Below, piece after piece: positions 1 to 11,270 of a stretch of DNA of 64,000 bases; the first letter of the stretch is position 1, and each line of letters begins with the position of its first letter. This stretch comes from Vicugna vicugna (taxonomy: Eukaryota). The stretch is taken from contig MU058584.1 of the NCBI GenBank assembly GCA_013265495.1, forward strand, positions 2,856,508 through 2,920,507, in the 5' to 3' direction. The position numbers were made by a program, and so were the translations under genes. The notes under the pieces were generated by a model. It did not search any database, had not been told where the DNA came from, and worked only from the letters and a program-made list of their open reading frames with translations.

Positions 1-749
1 ATCGGCTTTGCATGGCAGTAAAAACCACTGTTCTGTCCCCTCCAAAGATCCACTTAGCAAAGCGTGTAGATGCAGCAAAGGAGGATTTAGGTGAAACTGA
101 CCTCGTTCTGTTCTCAGCATTTAGATCCTAGGAAGGTCTTGCACTGACACAAGTAATAGTAATGAAATCCCCCATGTGTACGACACCTGAGAGTCTACAA
201 CATGCTTTTGTAGCTTATTTATAAACAGGTACAAAATATTGTTAAAAACAAGATCCAAGAGGGCTGCAGTCAGAAAGAATGCTGGATGTTAGACTTAAGA
301 ATTTATATTGCTGTAATGATTTTTCTCTATAATGGGGGAGTCCTTTTGAGTTAGTGCTCAGCTGAGACATGGTCCTCTTACTGCCAAAAGCCAAACATTG
401 TATAAACTCCTCTATTTCCAGGCAGCTGATCCCAAAAGGCCAGAAGGAGTTTAGTTTGAGAAGGAATTGCGTGAGAGCTGCATTAACCACCAGCATTCAG
501 GTAACTCTGTCCAGTAGCAAAACTGCATAGAAATCACTAAAGACAGAGAAATCGTTGATTGGGGGCGAGGCGGGGGAGGGGGCTGCAGTGCTGCACAAGG
601 AAGGTCTTAAAAGTCAGAATGTTTAGCAATATCAGACAGCATTTGAGAAATCGCTGTATTTAGTGAATCTGTTCGCCTTAGACAGGATAGAACCAGTTTC
701 GCTAGTATGAAGAGAGAAAAGGCCAGGGTCTGGGACACTCCCTCTGCAG

Positions 750-930
750 TGGGGTTGCTCAAAGGGCCGAGGCACAATCGGCATCAGACTCACATTGGGG
801 GCCTGTTACACACAGAGGTTTCTGGGCCCTGCCTGGACCCTCTGAATCAGAATCTTTGAGGCCTGGACATGCCACTTTAACAAGGTCCACAGGCGATTCC
901 TATGAGCCTTGAGATTTAAGAATCACAGCC
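750..930. mobile_element. MER5-family (hAT-Charlie) DNA transposon fossil
   Basis: Diagnostic blocks 'ctgaatcagaatct' and 'tttaacaag..cc.caggcgattc...tgagatttaagaatcac' resemble MER5A/MER5A1. Confidence 0.65.
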
Positions 931-2329
931 TTACAGGTTGGTGAGTGAAGAAGGTGGCCAACTCTTAGCTGGGCACCCACGCCACCTTTCAAAGTCAGAG
1001 ATTTTTCACTGGCGCCTCCTGGTTATTCTGCAGGCCAGCATTAATGCCTTTTTACAACCCAACTGATTTCCTAAAGGCACAGGTGTAAGTAGTGGGGCCA
1101 AGCGTGGGAACTAATTCTTTCGGCTCTAAGTTCTGGGCTCGTTCCGCTCTGCTCCACCTCACCTTGGAGATGCAATCGTTGAACTGTCCTAACTTCTGTC
1201 CCTGGCAAGCAGGAAGCCCAGCCTCTGGTCAGATGAAGGTTCTGGAAAATGGGTTGAGTGTAGGGGGGTGAGGCGGGAGTGAGGTGGTGCTGGCCTGTAG
1301 CTACAGGTCTTGGAAAGACTTGGTTGGGAGAGAGTAAGCCAAGAGACAAGAAATCGTTCGAAGCGTTTCGTATGCGGGGGGCCGAATAAGGAGGCACCGC
1401 CTGGCAAAAGAAGCCCCTGAGGATCTCCAGTGCGAGAGGCTGAGCTAGAGGAACTGAAGGACTGGCAGGAGAGGGGGCAGATCCAGGAGCAGTTTGCTGA
1501 TGCAATGGCATGCCGAGAGGAAGGCTTTGCTGGCTGCCTATGACTTCACCCAGGAGCAGCTGTTAAGGATGCAACGCTATTTCTGAAATCGCCCAAACAT
1601 CAATGACTCTCAAGGTGGAATTTCAGACGCATCAGCAGGCTGGGCACAGATATTTACGGACTGGAGTCTTTCTGACGCCAAGTCGAGACCTCTGCGTGAG
1701 CTCTGTTCCCCCTCCCACCTTGGCCGGCGGTGATGTACTCGGTCTAGATCCTTCGCCGGCCCCAGCCAGCCAAGATTGGAAGGACTGTGAAATCAGAGAT
1801 GGAGAAGGCAGCGGCGACAGAGAGGACTTCCCCTTGACGTCCTGGCAGGTAAAAATAGCTCCTAAGGCCTTGAGGCCACCAAAAGCAATATCAGAAAGGG
1901 AGAAAGTTTCAATAAACCCAACAAGTAGTTCTTAAACATCCATTATTTCCCCAGCTGTTTTGAGGGACAGGGTTATATACTCTTTACACTTCAGGGAGGG
2001 CTCAGTCATGCCTGGTAATTAAGAAAAGCAATCATGATGAGTGCTAAAAATGAATCACCCTTTTTCCATCAGAGGGCAGGTGACTGTTTTAAAACCTCCA
2101 TTTGTTGATCAGTTTGCCGGTGGTAGACCAGAAAGACTCCGTGAGTGAGGTGGAGGGGCAGCCACCACCTACCTCCCTCCTTGTCCATCCATCCTGCGCA
2201 CTCCTGACACATTCATCCTCCTAATGCACAGCGCTGATGTGGCTCCTCAGACCAAATACTCTTAGTGGCTCCCCTTTGCCTATGGAGGTATCTGCACTGG
2301 GTCCCATCCCACACCTCCAGGTCTTCCAG

Positions 2330-3172
2330 CCTCCGCTTGCCTGAGCATGTCCTAGACTCCAGAAAAGCACACAGCATACTCTTTCCCCCAACAAATCTTG
2401 CATGCTTCCTCATTCCCCGCTTTTGCTCAGGCTGCTTTACCCTCTGGGATGCCGTGGTCCCAACGACTTATCTGCTTTGGCTGAATCCTAGCTTATTCTA
2501 AATGCCACCTCTTCCTGATTCTCCCCAGCTTCTAGTCTCTCCCTCTCTTCTCTCTGTGCATCTCTCTGTATCTCTTTCTCTGTCTCCCTGCCCTTGAAAC
2601 CCTTCCCCCACCGCCCCACCTCCCAACAGTGAGGACCTCTCTGTTCTGACCCACAATTAGCTCAGCCATGGGACCTTTGGATTCTTCTCAGTGTGAAGCA
2701 TTTCCATGACTGATACCCTTGAACTTGCTGCTACTGAAGACCCATCCCACATGCTCTTTACTTTCACGTCTTTAATTCATGCTGTCTCCTCAGCCTCCAC
2801 CACAGACTTGGCCTAGTTGTGATGAGGCAAGGGCCTCCGTCTCTTTCAGGGGTCTAGGAGCGAGGAGGCATGTCATCCCCCTTCTTGGGAGGTGAGATCA
2901 AATCCCTTTCTGTAGGAAGTTTTCCAGGTTGCAACCCCTAATCCTTCCACCCAGCCAAGGTCAGAGCCTATATTCCTGTGCTCTTGTCCTACATCCATCC
3001 TTCCTCCCTCTCCAACACATATCACAATTATAATTAAATAACTGTATAACTTTGTCTAACACCTGCCTCCCTCCACAGACAGAAGCTCCATGAAGGCAAA
3101 GCCCATGTCTCTTCATTCATCAGTGAATCTCAGGACATAGTTAGACGGCAATAAATAGTTGGTGAATGGAGG
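2330..3172 (+). mobile_element. L2 LINE fragments ending in the L2 3' terminus
   Basis: 'aagctccatgaaggcaaagccc..gtct' and the terminal 'caataaatagttggtgaatgga' match the L2 3' end; upstream pieces are degraded. Confidence 0.6.
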
Positions 3173-3328
3173 GACAGCATTTATCACACGCTGTGCTGGA
3201 TGACAGCTTGTGTGTGTGACACGTCTCATCCATCCAGCGCTGTCGAAGAATATAGGTGACACAGGACTTTCTTTCTCCCCACCCCCACCCCCGCCACTTC
3301 CAGCAGTGCCTTGTTCATAGCATGTGCC

Positions 3329-3394
3329 AAAAAGAAAGAAAGAGGAAGGGAAGGGGAAAAAGAAGGGAAGGGAAGGAGAGAAAAGAAAAAGAAG
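3329..3394 (+). repeat. 66-nt uninterrupted purine (A/G) tract
   Basis: Read directly: aaaaagaaagaaagaggaaggg...aaaaagaag, no pyrimidines. Confidence 0.9.
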
Positions 3395-3574
3395 CAAGTG
3401 ATGATGGGTCAGTAACATCACATTTGATTCAAAAGCAGACACATTCGTTCGAAAATTCAATGAATAATTACTGGGCGTCCATGCTACAAAAAAGAAGGAG
3501 AATTATTTGTCTGTCTATCTGTGTGCTTGTCTATCTGTTTGTCTACGGTAGGAGACGTAGCTGTAGAGACAGCA

Positions 3575-3760
3575 GAGGGTCAGGTTTTGAGTCCTAGCTT
3601 TGCCCCTGAGTGTCTGTGTGACCTTGAACAGTCAGATCCCTCTGAATGGCAGTTTCCAGTCCCGTCAGCCCCTAAAAATGAACGCGAAATTCTTAGTTCA
3701 CAGCGATATTGTGAGGATTGAAAGAAGGCATGTGTTTGAAAGCCTTTTGTGAAATGTGAC
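3575..3760 (+). mobile_element. MIR SINE
   Basis: 'ttttgagtcctagct...tgtgtgaccttgaaca...tattgtgaggatt' is the MIR core. Confidence 0.75.
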
Positions 3761-6077
3761 ATGCGATAACGTGTATAATTAGCACGAGTGCATGATGAAA
3801 GGGAAAAGACAACGGAGTGAGACGTGATTGTGAGAGTCTCTAGGCAGTGAGGTGCACCCCCAGGAGTGGGGCGTGAGGTCCAAGCTCCTGGGCCTCTCTG
3901 GCCCGCCCCCCGACAAAGCCCCAAGCCTCCCGAGGCACAGGTTCATCATGTGTCAAACGGGCTCCGAGGCTCCTGGCTTCCTGGGAGGAGCGGGCTTGCT
4001 AATAAAGAGATTGTTTTAATAATGCGAATTACCGGGTGCTATGGTAACGGGCATTACATGATCCAGAGAAGAGGAGCAGCTTTTGATAAGAATAGGGAGC
4101 CTGCAGATGTGAAAGGGGGGTGGGGACGAACCCAGGATGGGGGTGGAGGAAAATGCAAACGCAGACAGACACAGAGTAGGCACCACTTGCAACAAACAAA
4201 CATGGTGATTCCTGCCGCTCAGGGGATCCTCTCCTGTCTGGGCCCTGCCGGCTGGAGGGTACCTTGAGCATCTCCAGAGTTTGTGTTCCTATTGCAACTT
4301 AGGGTCCCCCTGTGTACTTAAACTGGCAGCCCCCACATTTTTTTTTAAGATACAAGCACATGCAAAAATCTGGATACAGACAAAATTTTGGTGATTTTTA
4401 CCAAATAACTAGAAACACAAGATTTTGGTTTTTGTCTTTTGTTTTTTTGTATTCACCAATGGATGGCTTTAAGAAGTTCTCTTGTAACTCAGTTTGGCAT
4501 GACCTCTTGGCTGTTGATGGTCTCTGTGAGTCTTACCAACATGGAGAACCAGAAAGCTTGCACACTTTAATGGAAGGCCAATGCCGATGCTGAAGTCCAC
4601 ATCACCAAACTTGATTGCCCTACTAAAATGCTACCTGTCCACCCGAGGACACGCTGCACGGTATTTTCCAGTGCCATGGAAAGCACACTGGATGGTCAAG
4701 GAAGGGAACTCACGCCTAATGAGTCATCGATGCTCTTGTTGCTCAGCTGGGTACTTTATCCACACTAGCTTCTGCAAGGGAGTCTGGGCCCAGCTTGTCA
4801 CCAGCCAGCGGCGAGATCTTTGAGTTTTCTCAAAGAGCAGAGCATCAGTCCACAGGCATTTTTTACGATTCTGTTATTTAAAAAGTTTCCTCTTCTGGTT
4901 GTCCCTAAATGTCTTCTGTTTAACCTTTGCTTTCTCTTTATCTTCTGCTGGTTCCTGAGTTACGACTGAGGTCCTGAGACAGTCATGACGATGAAGAGAC
5001 CTGAGTCCCTCCTTGGTTTTATCTCATCTTAGGTTTGGGCGACTTCGGTAAGATATTAGCTGCCTCAGTGGCAAATTGAGTGTTGCTATTTCTGGGTTTA
5101 TTGAATACACATATGTGTGCATTGTTGCCAGGACTAAAGGAGGAGGGTATGAAAGAGGAGGGATTTAGACTGGAAAACTGAAAGAGCTCCCTGACTCTAA
5201 AGGATGTGGGGTCCACTGGAATGTAGTACCGGGGCTAGCTAAGAATACTCTTTTTCTATGGATTTTTAAGAAAAACTAGACTTTTCCCTTCCTCCATTAG
5301 TGTAAGATCAAATGTGCCTGCAGGGAAAAGAAGGAACTGCCTAAGATTCCTTTAAATATGTTATGTGAATTGAAAGGAGCTTTGGATTTTTACAAAAATA
5401 TTCTTTAGCCTGGAATAGAGCAGAATTTGAATAAGGATTAACTCTGGGTCATGGAATTTTGAGATGATTTCCATTTTCTTCTGCAAACCTCTTGATATTT
5501 TGCAAGTTCTCTGTTACCTTTACCTATTAACCTATTACATTTACAATGGGAAAAATAATTAAAGTATTTTTAAAATTTTGAACAAAAGTATTCCTTAGTC
5601 TTCAGAATTGTTTGTTTTCGCCATATCACAGATATCACAGATATGATATACATCACAGATCACAGCCCCTTTCCTCCGTATGTTTTATTTCGTAAGGCAA
5701 GTAGCTGCAGAACAATGAAACAAACAAATGAAAGAAGCCAAGAATCCTTAATTCCCTGAAAAAGCCACAAGGTTGGAGCCGAAAACCAAGGTTTTGTGAG
5801 CATCCCTTTGGTGCAGTCCCTCAGGGGCCCCCTCACCTGAATTACATTAGACTACTTCATCCCATTAATGAATCAATCACTTCAGCTACCCTTCCCCTTC
5901 CTCTCTCTTCCATCCCCTCCCACCCGCGATCATTTAATTACCATCTGCTTTTCATGTCCTTCGAAAGTCGCTGAAAAGACACACCATCAAGATTCTTGGG
6001 TCATTTAAACCCATCTCGTTCCTCTTCTATCCCGCTGATTTTCCATCTGCCTTTGTAGAGTAAATTGTGTATCTTGT

Positions 6078-6190
6078 GAAATCAGAAGGTCTGGGTTCAA
6101 ATCCTAACTCTGCTATTTACAACACATATGACCTGAGGAAATACACTCACTCCCTCTGGGCCTTCATGCTGTCACCTAGGACATGTAGAT
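6078..6190 (+). mobile_element. MIR SINE fragment
   Basis: 'tctgggttcaaatcctaactctgctatttac...tgacctgagg'. Confidence 0.7.
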
Positions 6191-6849
6191 GATCGTTGTG
6201 CAAATGAGAGAGTTGTGAGAAGAGGAGAAGACACGGAAAAACGCATGTCGCAGTGATCATTGCACTGCAGGTTCTCAGTAAGAAGAAGGAAGGTTTGCAT
6301 CTGTTCTTATCTTGAGAGAACTGTTTAGCTTTAAAACCAGTACCTGGGGTTACCCAACAGGCCCACTGGACCCAATCTTTCCCAGGTAGAACCTTCAGCA
6401 GCTTGACCCCCAAGAGGCCAGGCTGACAAAGACAATTGACACAAGTCATAGCTGTCAACAGTCTGCCGTGATGTGGACCTGTGACCATTCTCAGCAGCAG
6501 CACCGGGGGCCAGCCGTTGAAACAGCTCTGCCTGCCGTGGAACAGCAGGAGGGTTCTCTTTGCTGAGGCTTTGCATATTCTAATAGATTTGATAAACACA
6601 GTGTGATCAACTACCATATTCTACCACTGTGCTGGGCCACAGGACAGAAAGAAGTATAAAAAGAAACAGTTCCTGCCCTTCCTGAACTCACGGTCTAATG
6701 GATAATGTTGCTGTGCAAACTCACGTTATGCTGCGCTTTCCTTTAGCTGCTGCCCTCTCTTCCCCTTCACAACCAGTCTTCCCCAAGGTGTTGTCTAAGC
6801 AGCCCTCCGCCACTCCTACCCCTGTCCATTTACTCTCCTTCCCTTGCTT

Positions 6850-7915
6850 CTCAACCTGCATGGCCTGGCCACCACTCTAATGAGACCACTCTGTCCAAAG
6901 TCCTCAAAACTCTCTTTGTTTCGGATTTGAATTAATACGTCTCAGCTATTGTTTATTTGACAGCATGAAACACTGCTGACTTTTCTCTGCCCTTCTTGAA
7001 GCATGCTCCTTTGGCCTCCCTGGCACAATTCTTTCCAGATCCAAGTGTTCAGAAGCCTAGGAGACATCGACGCTTGATGTCTCACAGCCGTTTCACAACT
7101 GGCATAACCCAACTAAACTCATGATCTTCCCTCCAAATCTGCTTTTCTTCCGTCCCCCAATGGCATCTCTGTCCACCACTTTGTTAATGCCAGAAATCTA
7201 AGAGTCACCCATGAAACTGCTTCCCTCCTTGCTCCTTGTAGCACATCCACCATCTAATCCTGTCGGTTTTTCTACTCATCTCTAATGGACTCATGTTGGT
7301 CTGTCATCTTCTGTTGCCTGGACTACTACAAAAATATCCTAACTCCTTCCCCCGCTTCCACTCTTATCCCCTCCATTCCGTTAGCCACACAACAGCCAGA
7401 ATATTTCTTTTTAACATAAATCTGACCATATTACTCTCATGCTTAAACTCTTTCAATGATTTATCGTTGTACTGAAAAATAACCTCTCTTGTTGTAACTT
7501 GAACTTCAAGGTCTGCATAACCCAGCCCCTGTCTACTTCTTTGCCCTAAACTCATGCATTCTTGCCCTTGATCACTGCCATAGATACACAGGACTCCTTT
7601 CAGTGCTTAAAACATGCCACACCCTTTCCTGTCCCCAGGGCCTTTAAATATGCTATTCCCTCTGCTTGAAAGACTCTTACTCTGCCTGGCAGCTCCAACC
7701 TGTATTTCAGATCCCAGTATGACTATTACCTCCTCAGAAAAGCTATCATCCCTAAAACTTCAAACTAAATTAGATGTCCCAGCTGGACTCCCTCATAAAG
7801 CCCTGTTATTTCTCATCAAGTATGTTCAAAAATGTATATTTACCCCACTATATATATGATGTTTGCGTCCCTAAGACTATAACTAACATGAGGGCAAGCA
7901 CTTTGTCTCTGACCT
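6850..7915 (+). mobile_element. L2 LINE 3' portion (~1 kb)
   Basis: Collinear L2 motifs: 'aaactcatgatcttccc', 'ccagaaatctaagagtca', 'aaatctgaccatattactc', 'catgagggcaagcactttgtct'. Confidence 0.8.
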
Positions 7916-9260
7916 TAATAGTCTTCTGCTTAGGAAAGAGACAAGTATGAAAGCAGGACTCTACACCCACACAGGGAATTCATGCTGGCTTCAGAAAGTA
8001 ATAAATTTACTCTTTCATTCAAAAAAATATGAGTGGACTTCTAAGGGTCACTAGATATTTGAAGGGAAAAAATCAGCATCATAAAAGAAACTTGGTGAAT
8101 AAAAACCCCAGAGAAAACAAAATAGAAGAAAACTTTTAAACAATTCTAACTAGTGTGTTCAGAGAAATTCAGGGAGATATTACATTCATAAAACAAAAAT
8201 AGTTGCTATAAAAATAAGTGTTCACAGAGCAAGAAAGAGTTATTGGGAGTTAAAGACAATTGTTAGAGAAAGATCAATAGAGTAAATGGAAGACTAATTC
8301 AAAGAAATCCTTCCGACCATAGATTAAAAATGACAGATGGAAAATATCTGAGAAAAGTTAAGAGACTTAGAAGATCAATGCAATAAGAGCCATCCATTTG
8401 ATGAGAGCTCCAGACATGAGTAAAGAGAAAATAAAGGGAGAAAGTAATAAAAGGAAAAAGAAAAGAGGACAAACTCCTGGAGCTTACACAAAGAAAAAAT
8501 GTTAACTAGGTCCACCACCCAAATTTATCCCAGTTAAGGTTTAGAAACTTCAAGGACCAAAAAAAAGAAAAGATCTCAATAGTTTAAGAAAAAGATAAAA
8601 CTGATTACCTACAAAACAACATGTATCAGATTGCCATCACTAAAACCATATACTAGAGTTCAAAGTAGAGAGGGAAAAACCATCTTAAACCTACAATTCT
8701 AGCCAAACAAATTAGGAGGTAGGGATGAGGGGCAGTGAGACACACTAAGACCCAGAAATCTGACATCCAGCGCACCCTTCTGTGACAATGACCGGAAAGC
8801 ATACTCCAGCCACGTGAAACAGAAATGTAAGGGAGCAGAGAATGTGGGACCCAGAAAGAGTGGAAATTAAACGTGAAATGAGCTGAAAACCTAGAAGGAG
8901 TACTTTTGAGAGCCTAGAAAGTAACCAAGCACATTAAAAAAAGGAAGACAGAGCTTCAAGAACACCTTTAGGAATCAAGGAACTGTCCTGTGACAAGAAA
9001 TTGGAATAAGACCCTGGATGATCTTGTTGAGAAGGTTGGAAAAAAAAAAAAAAAGCACTGAACAAAATGAACAAAAATGGTAGTTAGAAATGCCAGGAAA
9101 AGTAAAATTAGCAAAGAGCTGTGTAAGAGAGTCACAATCCAAATACACACAAATGAGAACGTTGTGATTCTGAGCAGGGATAAAACGTGGGAAAACAGAA
9201 CTGATCTGACGTTGATTCTGAGATCGGTCTCCTTTGAATGGAGGAGTTTTAACAACATAA

Positions 9261-9629
9261 TGTTAAAAAGATACACTGAGGCACAGTAAAATTTTGAGGA
9301 GTTTATCTGAGCAAACATCACTTTGAATCAGTCAGTGCTAAACTGAGAATGGGTAGGGGCCCAAGGCCGGCAGGAATTATGGGAAAGGCTTTCATAGAGC
9401 AGACGCAGAAGGGCAGCAAGGAGGTGGTTTGATTGGCTAAGGCTTAAGCAGTTGCCTTATCTGGGAAAGCCTAGTTGACTGTTCATGATTGATGGCCTTA
9501 AATTTCATGTTCTCAGATACAAGTGCACTTGCCGGAACTGGCAGTGGCTTGGATTTCAGGGTTCTTAGCAGGCTACCAGAGCCTTAGGGTCACCTCGGTC
9601 TAATGCCTCCTTGTTCAATTACTTCAGCA
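9261..9629 (-). mobile_element. Solo LTR, ERV1-class-like
   Basis: TG...CA termini (tgttaaaa...ttcagca), 4-bp flanks ataa/atag; on the minus strand a CCAAT box (~9431-9437), degenerate TATA (~9391) and degenerate polyA signal (~9303) occur in the expected order. Confidence 0.65.
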
Positions 9630-9839
9630 ATAGAATTGTGTCTATGCGTCTAATCACGCCACTTGGTTCTGAAGAAAATAATTACATAATCATAATGCAA
9701 ATAAATAATCGTTGATTGATTGAAATCAACATATAAACAAAACACAGAGGACCTAATGGTGATTACAGAACAGAATACAAATATCTTAAGGCAGCAATGT
9801 AAAAGAGATAAAAACAACTGACAGAAGTTAGAACATGGT

Positions 9840-10000
9840 GGGGAGGGTGTAGCTCAGTGGTCGAGTGTGTGCTTAGCATGCACGAGGTCCTGGGTTCAAT
9901 CCCCTGTACCTCCATTAAAAATTAAAAAATAATATAAATAAATAAATAAATAAATATAAGTAAATAAATAAGCCTAATTACATCCCCTCCAAAAAGTTTT
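9840..10000 (+). mobile_element. Camelid tRNA-derived SINE (vic-1-like)
   Basis: ggggagggtgtagctcagtggtcgag (A box)...ggttcaatccc (B box), (TAAA)n tail and 'cctaattac.tcccc' end. Confidence 0.85.
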
Positions 10001-10856
10001 TTAAAATAAAATTTTAAAGATTTTTTTCAAAAAGAAGCTAAAAGCCGTGGAAGGCGGCAAATTCCTTACATTACAGGGCAGAAGCAGGAAGCACTGTCTG
10101 AGTTGAAATATCAAGACCTATAATCTTTTAAAAACATAAAGTTAAATTTATTATTTAAATTTAAATAAGTAAAGAACAACAAATAGCAAAATTAGGACGA
10201 GGAAAACAGTTACTGCAAACGAGCTATAGTCTTCCTCCCTTACAGTGAAAAATCAGTAAACACTATTCAAAGTTGAAAAACCAAGAAAAAGACATAAACA
10301 CACTTAAAGTTTGGAAATAACCACCAGAGGAACTGGAAAGAGACGTAATTAAACACAGGAAAAGCTGAGGGAGGGGGAAGGGATACTTTTACTTTCCATT
10401 TTCTGTTCTCTGTTGCTCAAGTGTTTATTACCCTGTACGTGTATTAATTAATTAGTGGGTGAAGAACAGGCAAAATTAAATGAATAGAACGTCTGGGCTA
10501 AGGGAGTCAAGTGCAGAGCTCCGAGGGAATGCACATTTGAACAGAGATGTCTTATGAGTAATGTGCTACCAACGTCGGACCGCCTCCAGGTGTCTCCCAA
10601 AGCGAGCACCTCTCCAGCTGTGCCTTTATTACTGCAACACAAACGCCGTGCAAATCAGAGAGGATGCCCAGCGTTGCAGGAGAATAAGGCCTAAAGATTT
10701 CAGCTGGCCACAGCAGAAGAGGAACCAATCATGTAAGGTGGCTGTAAGCTAGAAACTCGAAAGCAATGGCGGGCTGGACTAAGTCCTAGAGAGGAGAAGA
10801 CACAGGAAACACATGGAAAGTGGCTCGAATTTTTCGTGTCTTAAAAAAGAGGCATT

Positions 10857-11141
10857 TTAGTTACAGTAATCTGTATCCACTAATCCCAAACTCCTAATTT
10901 ATCTCTCCCCCATCCCTTTCCCCCTTTGGTAACCGTAAGTTTATGTAAAATAGTTAAACAACAAGGTCCTACTGTAGAGCATAGGGAACTATATTCAATA
11001 TCCTGTAATAAACCATAATGGAAAAGAATATGAAAAAGAATATATATACGTACATATAACTGAATCACTTTGCTGTACGCCAGAAACTAACACAATATTA
11101 TAAATTAACTATACTTCAATAAAAATATAAATAAAAAAAAG
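10857..11141 (+). mobile_element. 5'-truncated, 5'-inverted L1 3' UTR insertion
   Basis: About 10857-10941 is antisense L1 3' UTR, 10942-11141 is sense and ends in aataaa plus A tail; TSD aaagaggcatt at 10846-10856 and 11142-11152. Confidence 0.9.
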
Positions 11142-11184
11142 AAAGAGGCATTAGCCTCATTCTGAATTATTCTAAGGCAGAGCT

Positions 11185-11270
11185 ATGGGGGTGAATCCAA
11201 GTTTGTGGGACCCAATGCTGATTCAACTGAGGGGACCATCTTTATTTAAAATATTATTTAAAAACATAAT
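11185..11270. mobile_element. Possible old hAT-type DNA transposon end
   Basis: 'ggggtgaatccaagtttgtgggaccc...ctttatttaaaa' resembles an ancient hAT terminus; family not determined. Confidence 0.35.

Larger units (their letters stand above)
7980..10450 (+). mobile_element. HAL1-like / old L1 ORF1-bearing element, interrupted by an LTR and a SINE
   Basis: A-rich decayed ORF1-like sequence ('gagatattacattcataaaacaaaa...aagaaagagttattgggagttaaa...gacttagaagatca') and a HAL1-like 3' region after 9630. Confidence 0.55.

Noticed and set aside
1627..1848. 222-nt in-frame coding exon (tttcag|...cag|gtaaaa)
   Set aside because: Poor polypyrimidine tract, unrecognisable peptide and no partner exons.
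9840..9912. Functional tRNA genes at 9840 (+) and 15581 (-)
   Set aside because: A and B boxes are present, but AT-rich tails and the shared diagnostic body mark them as SINE copies.
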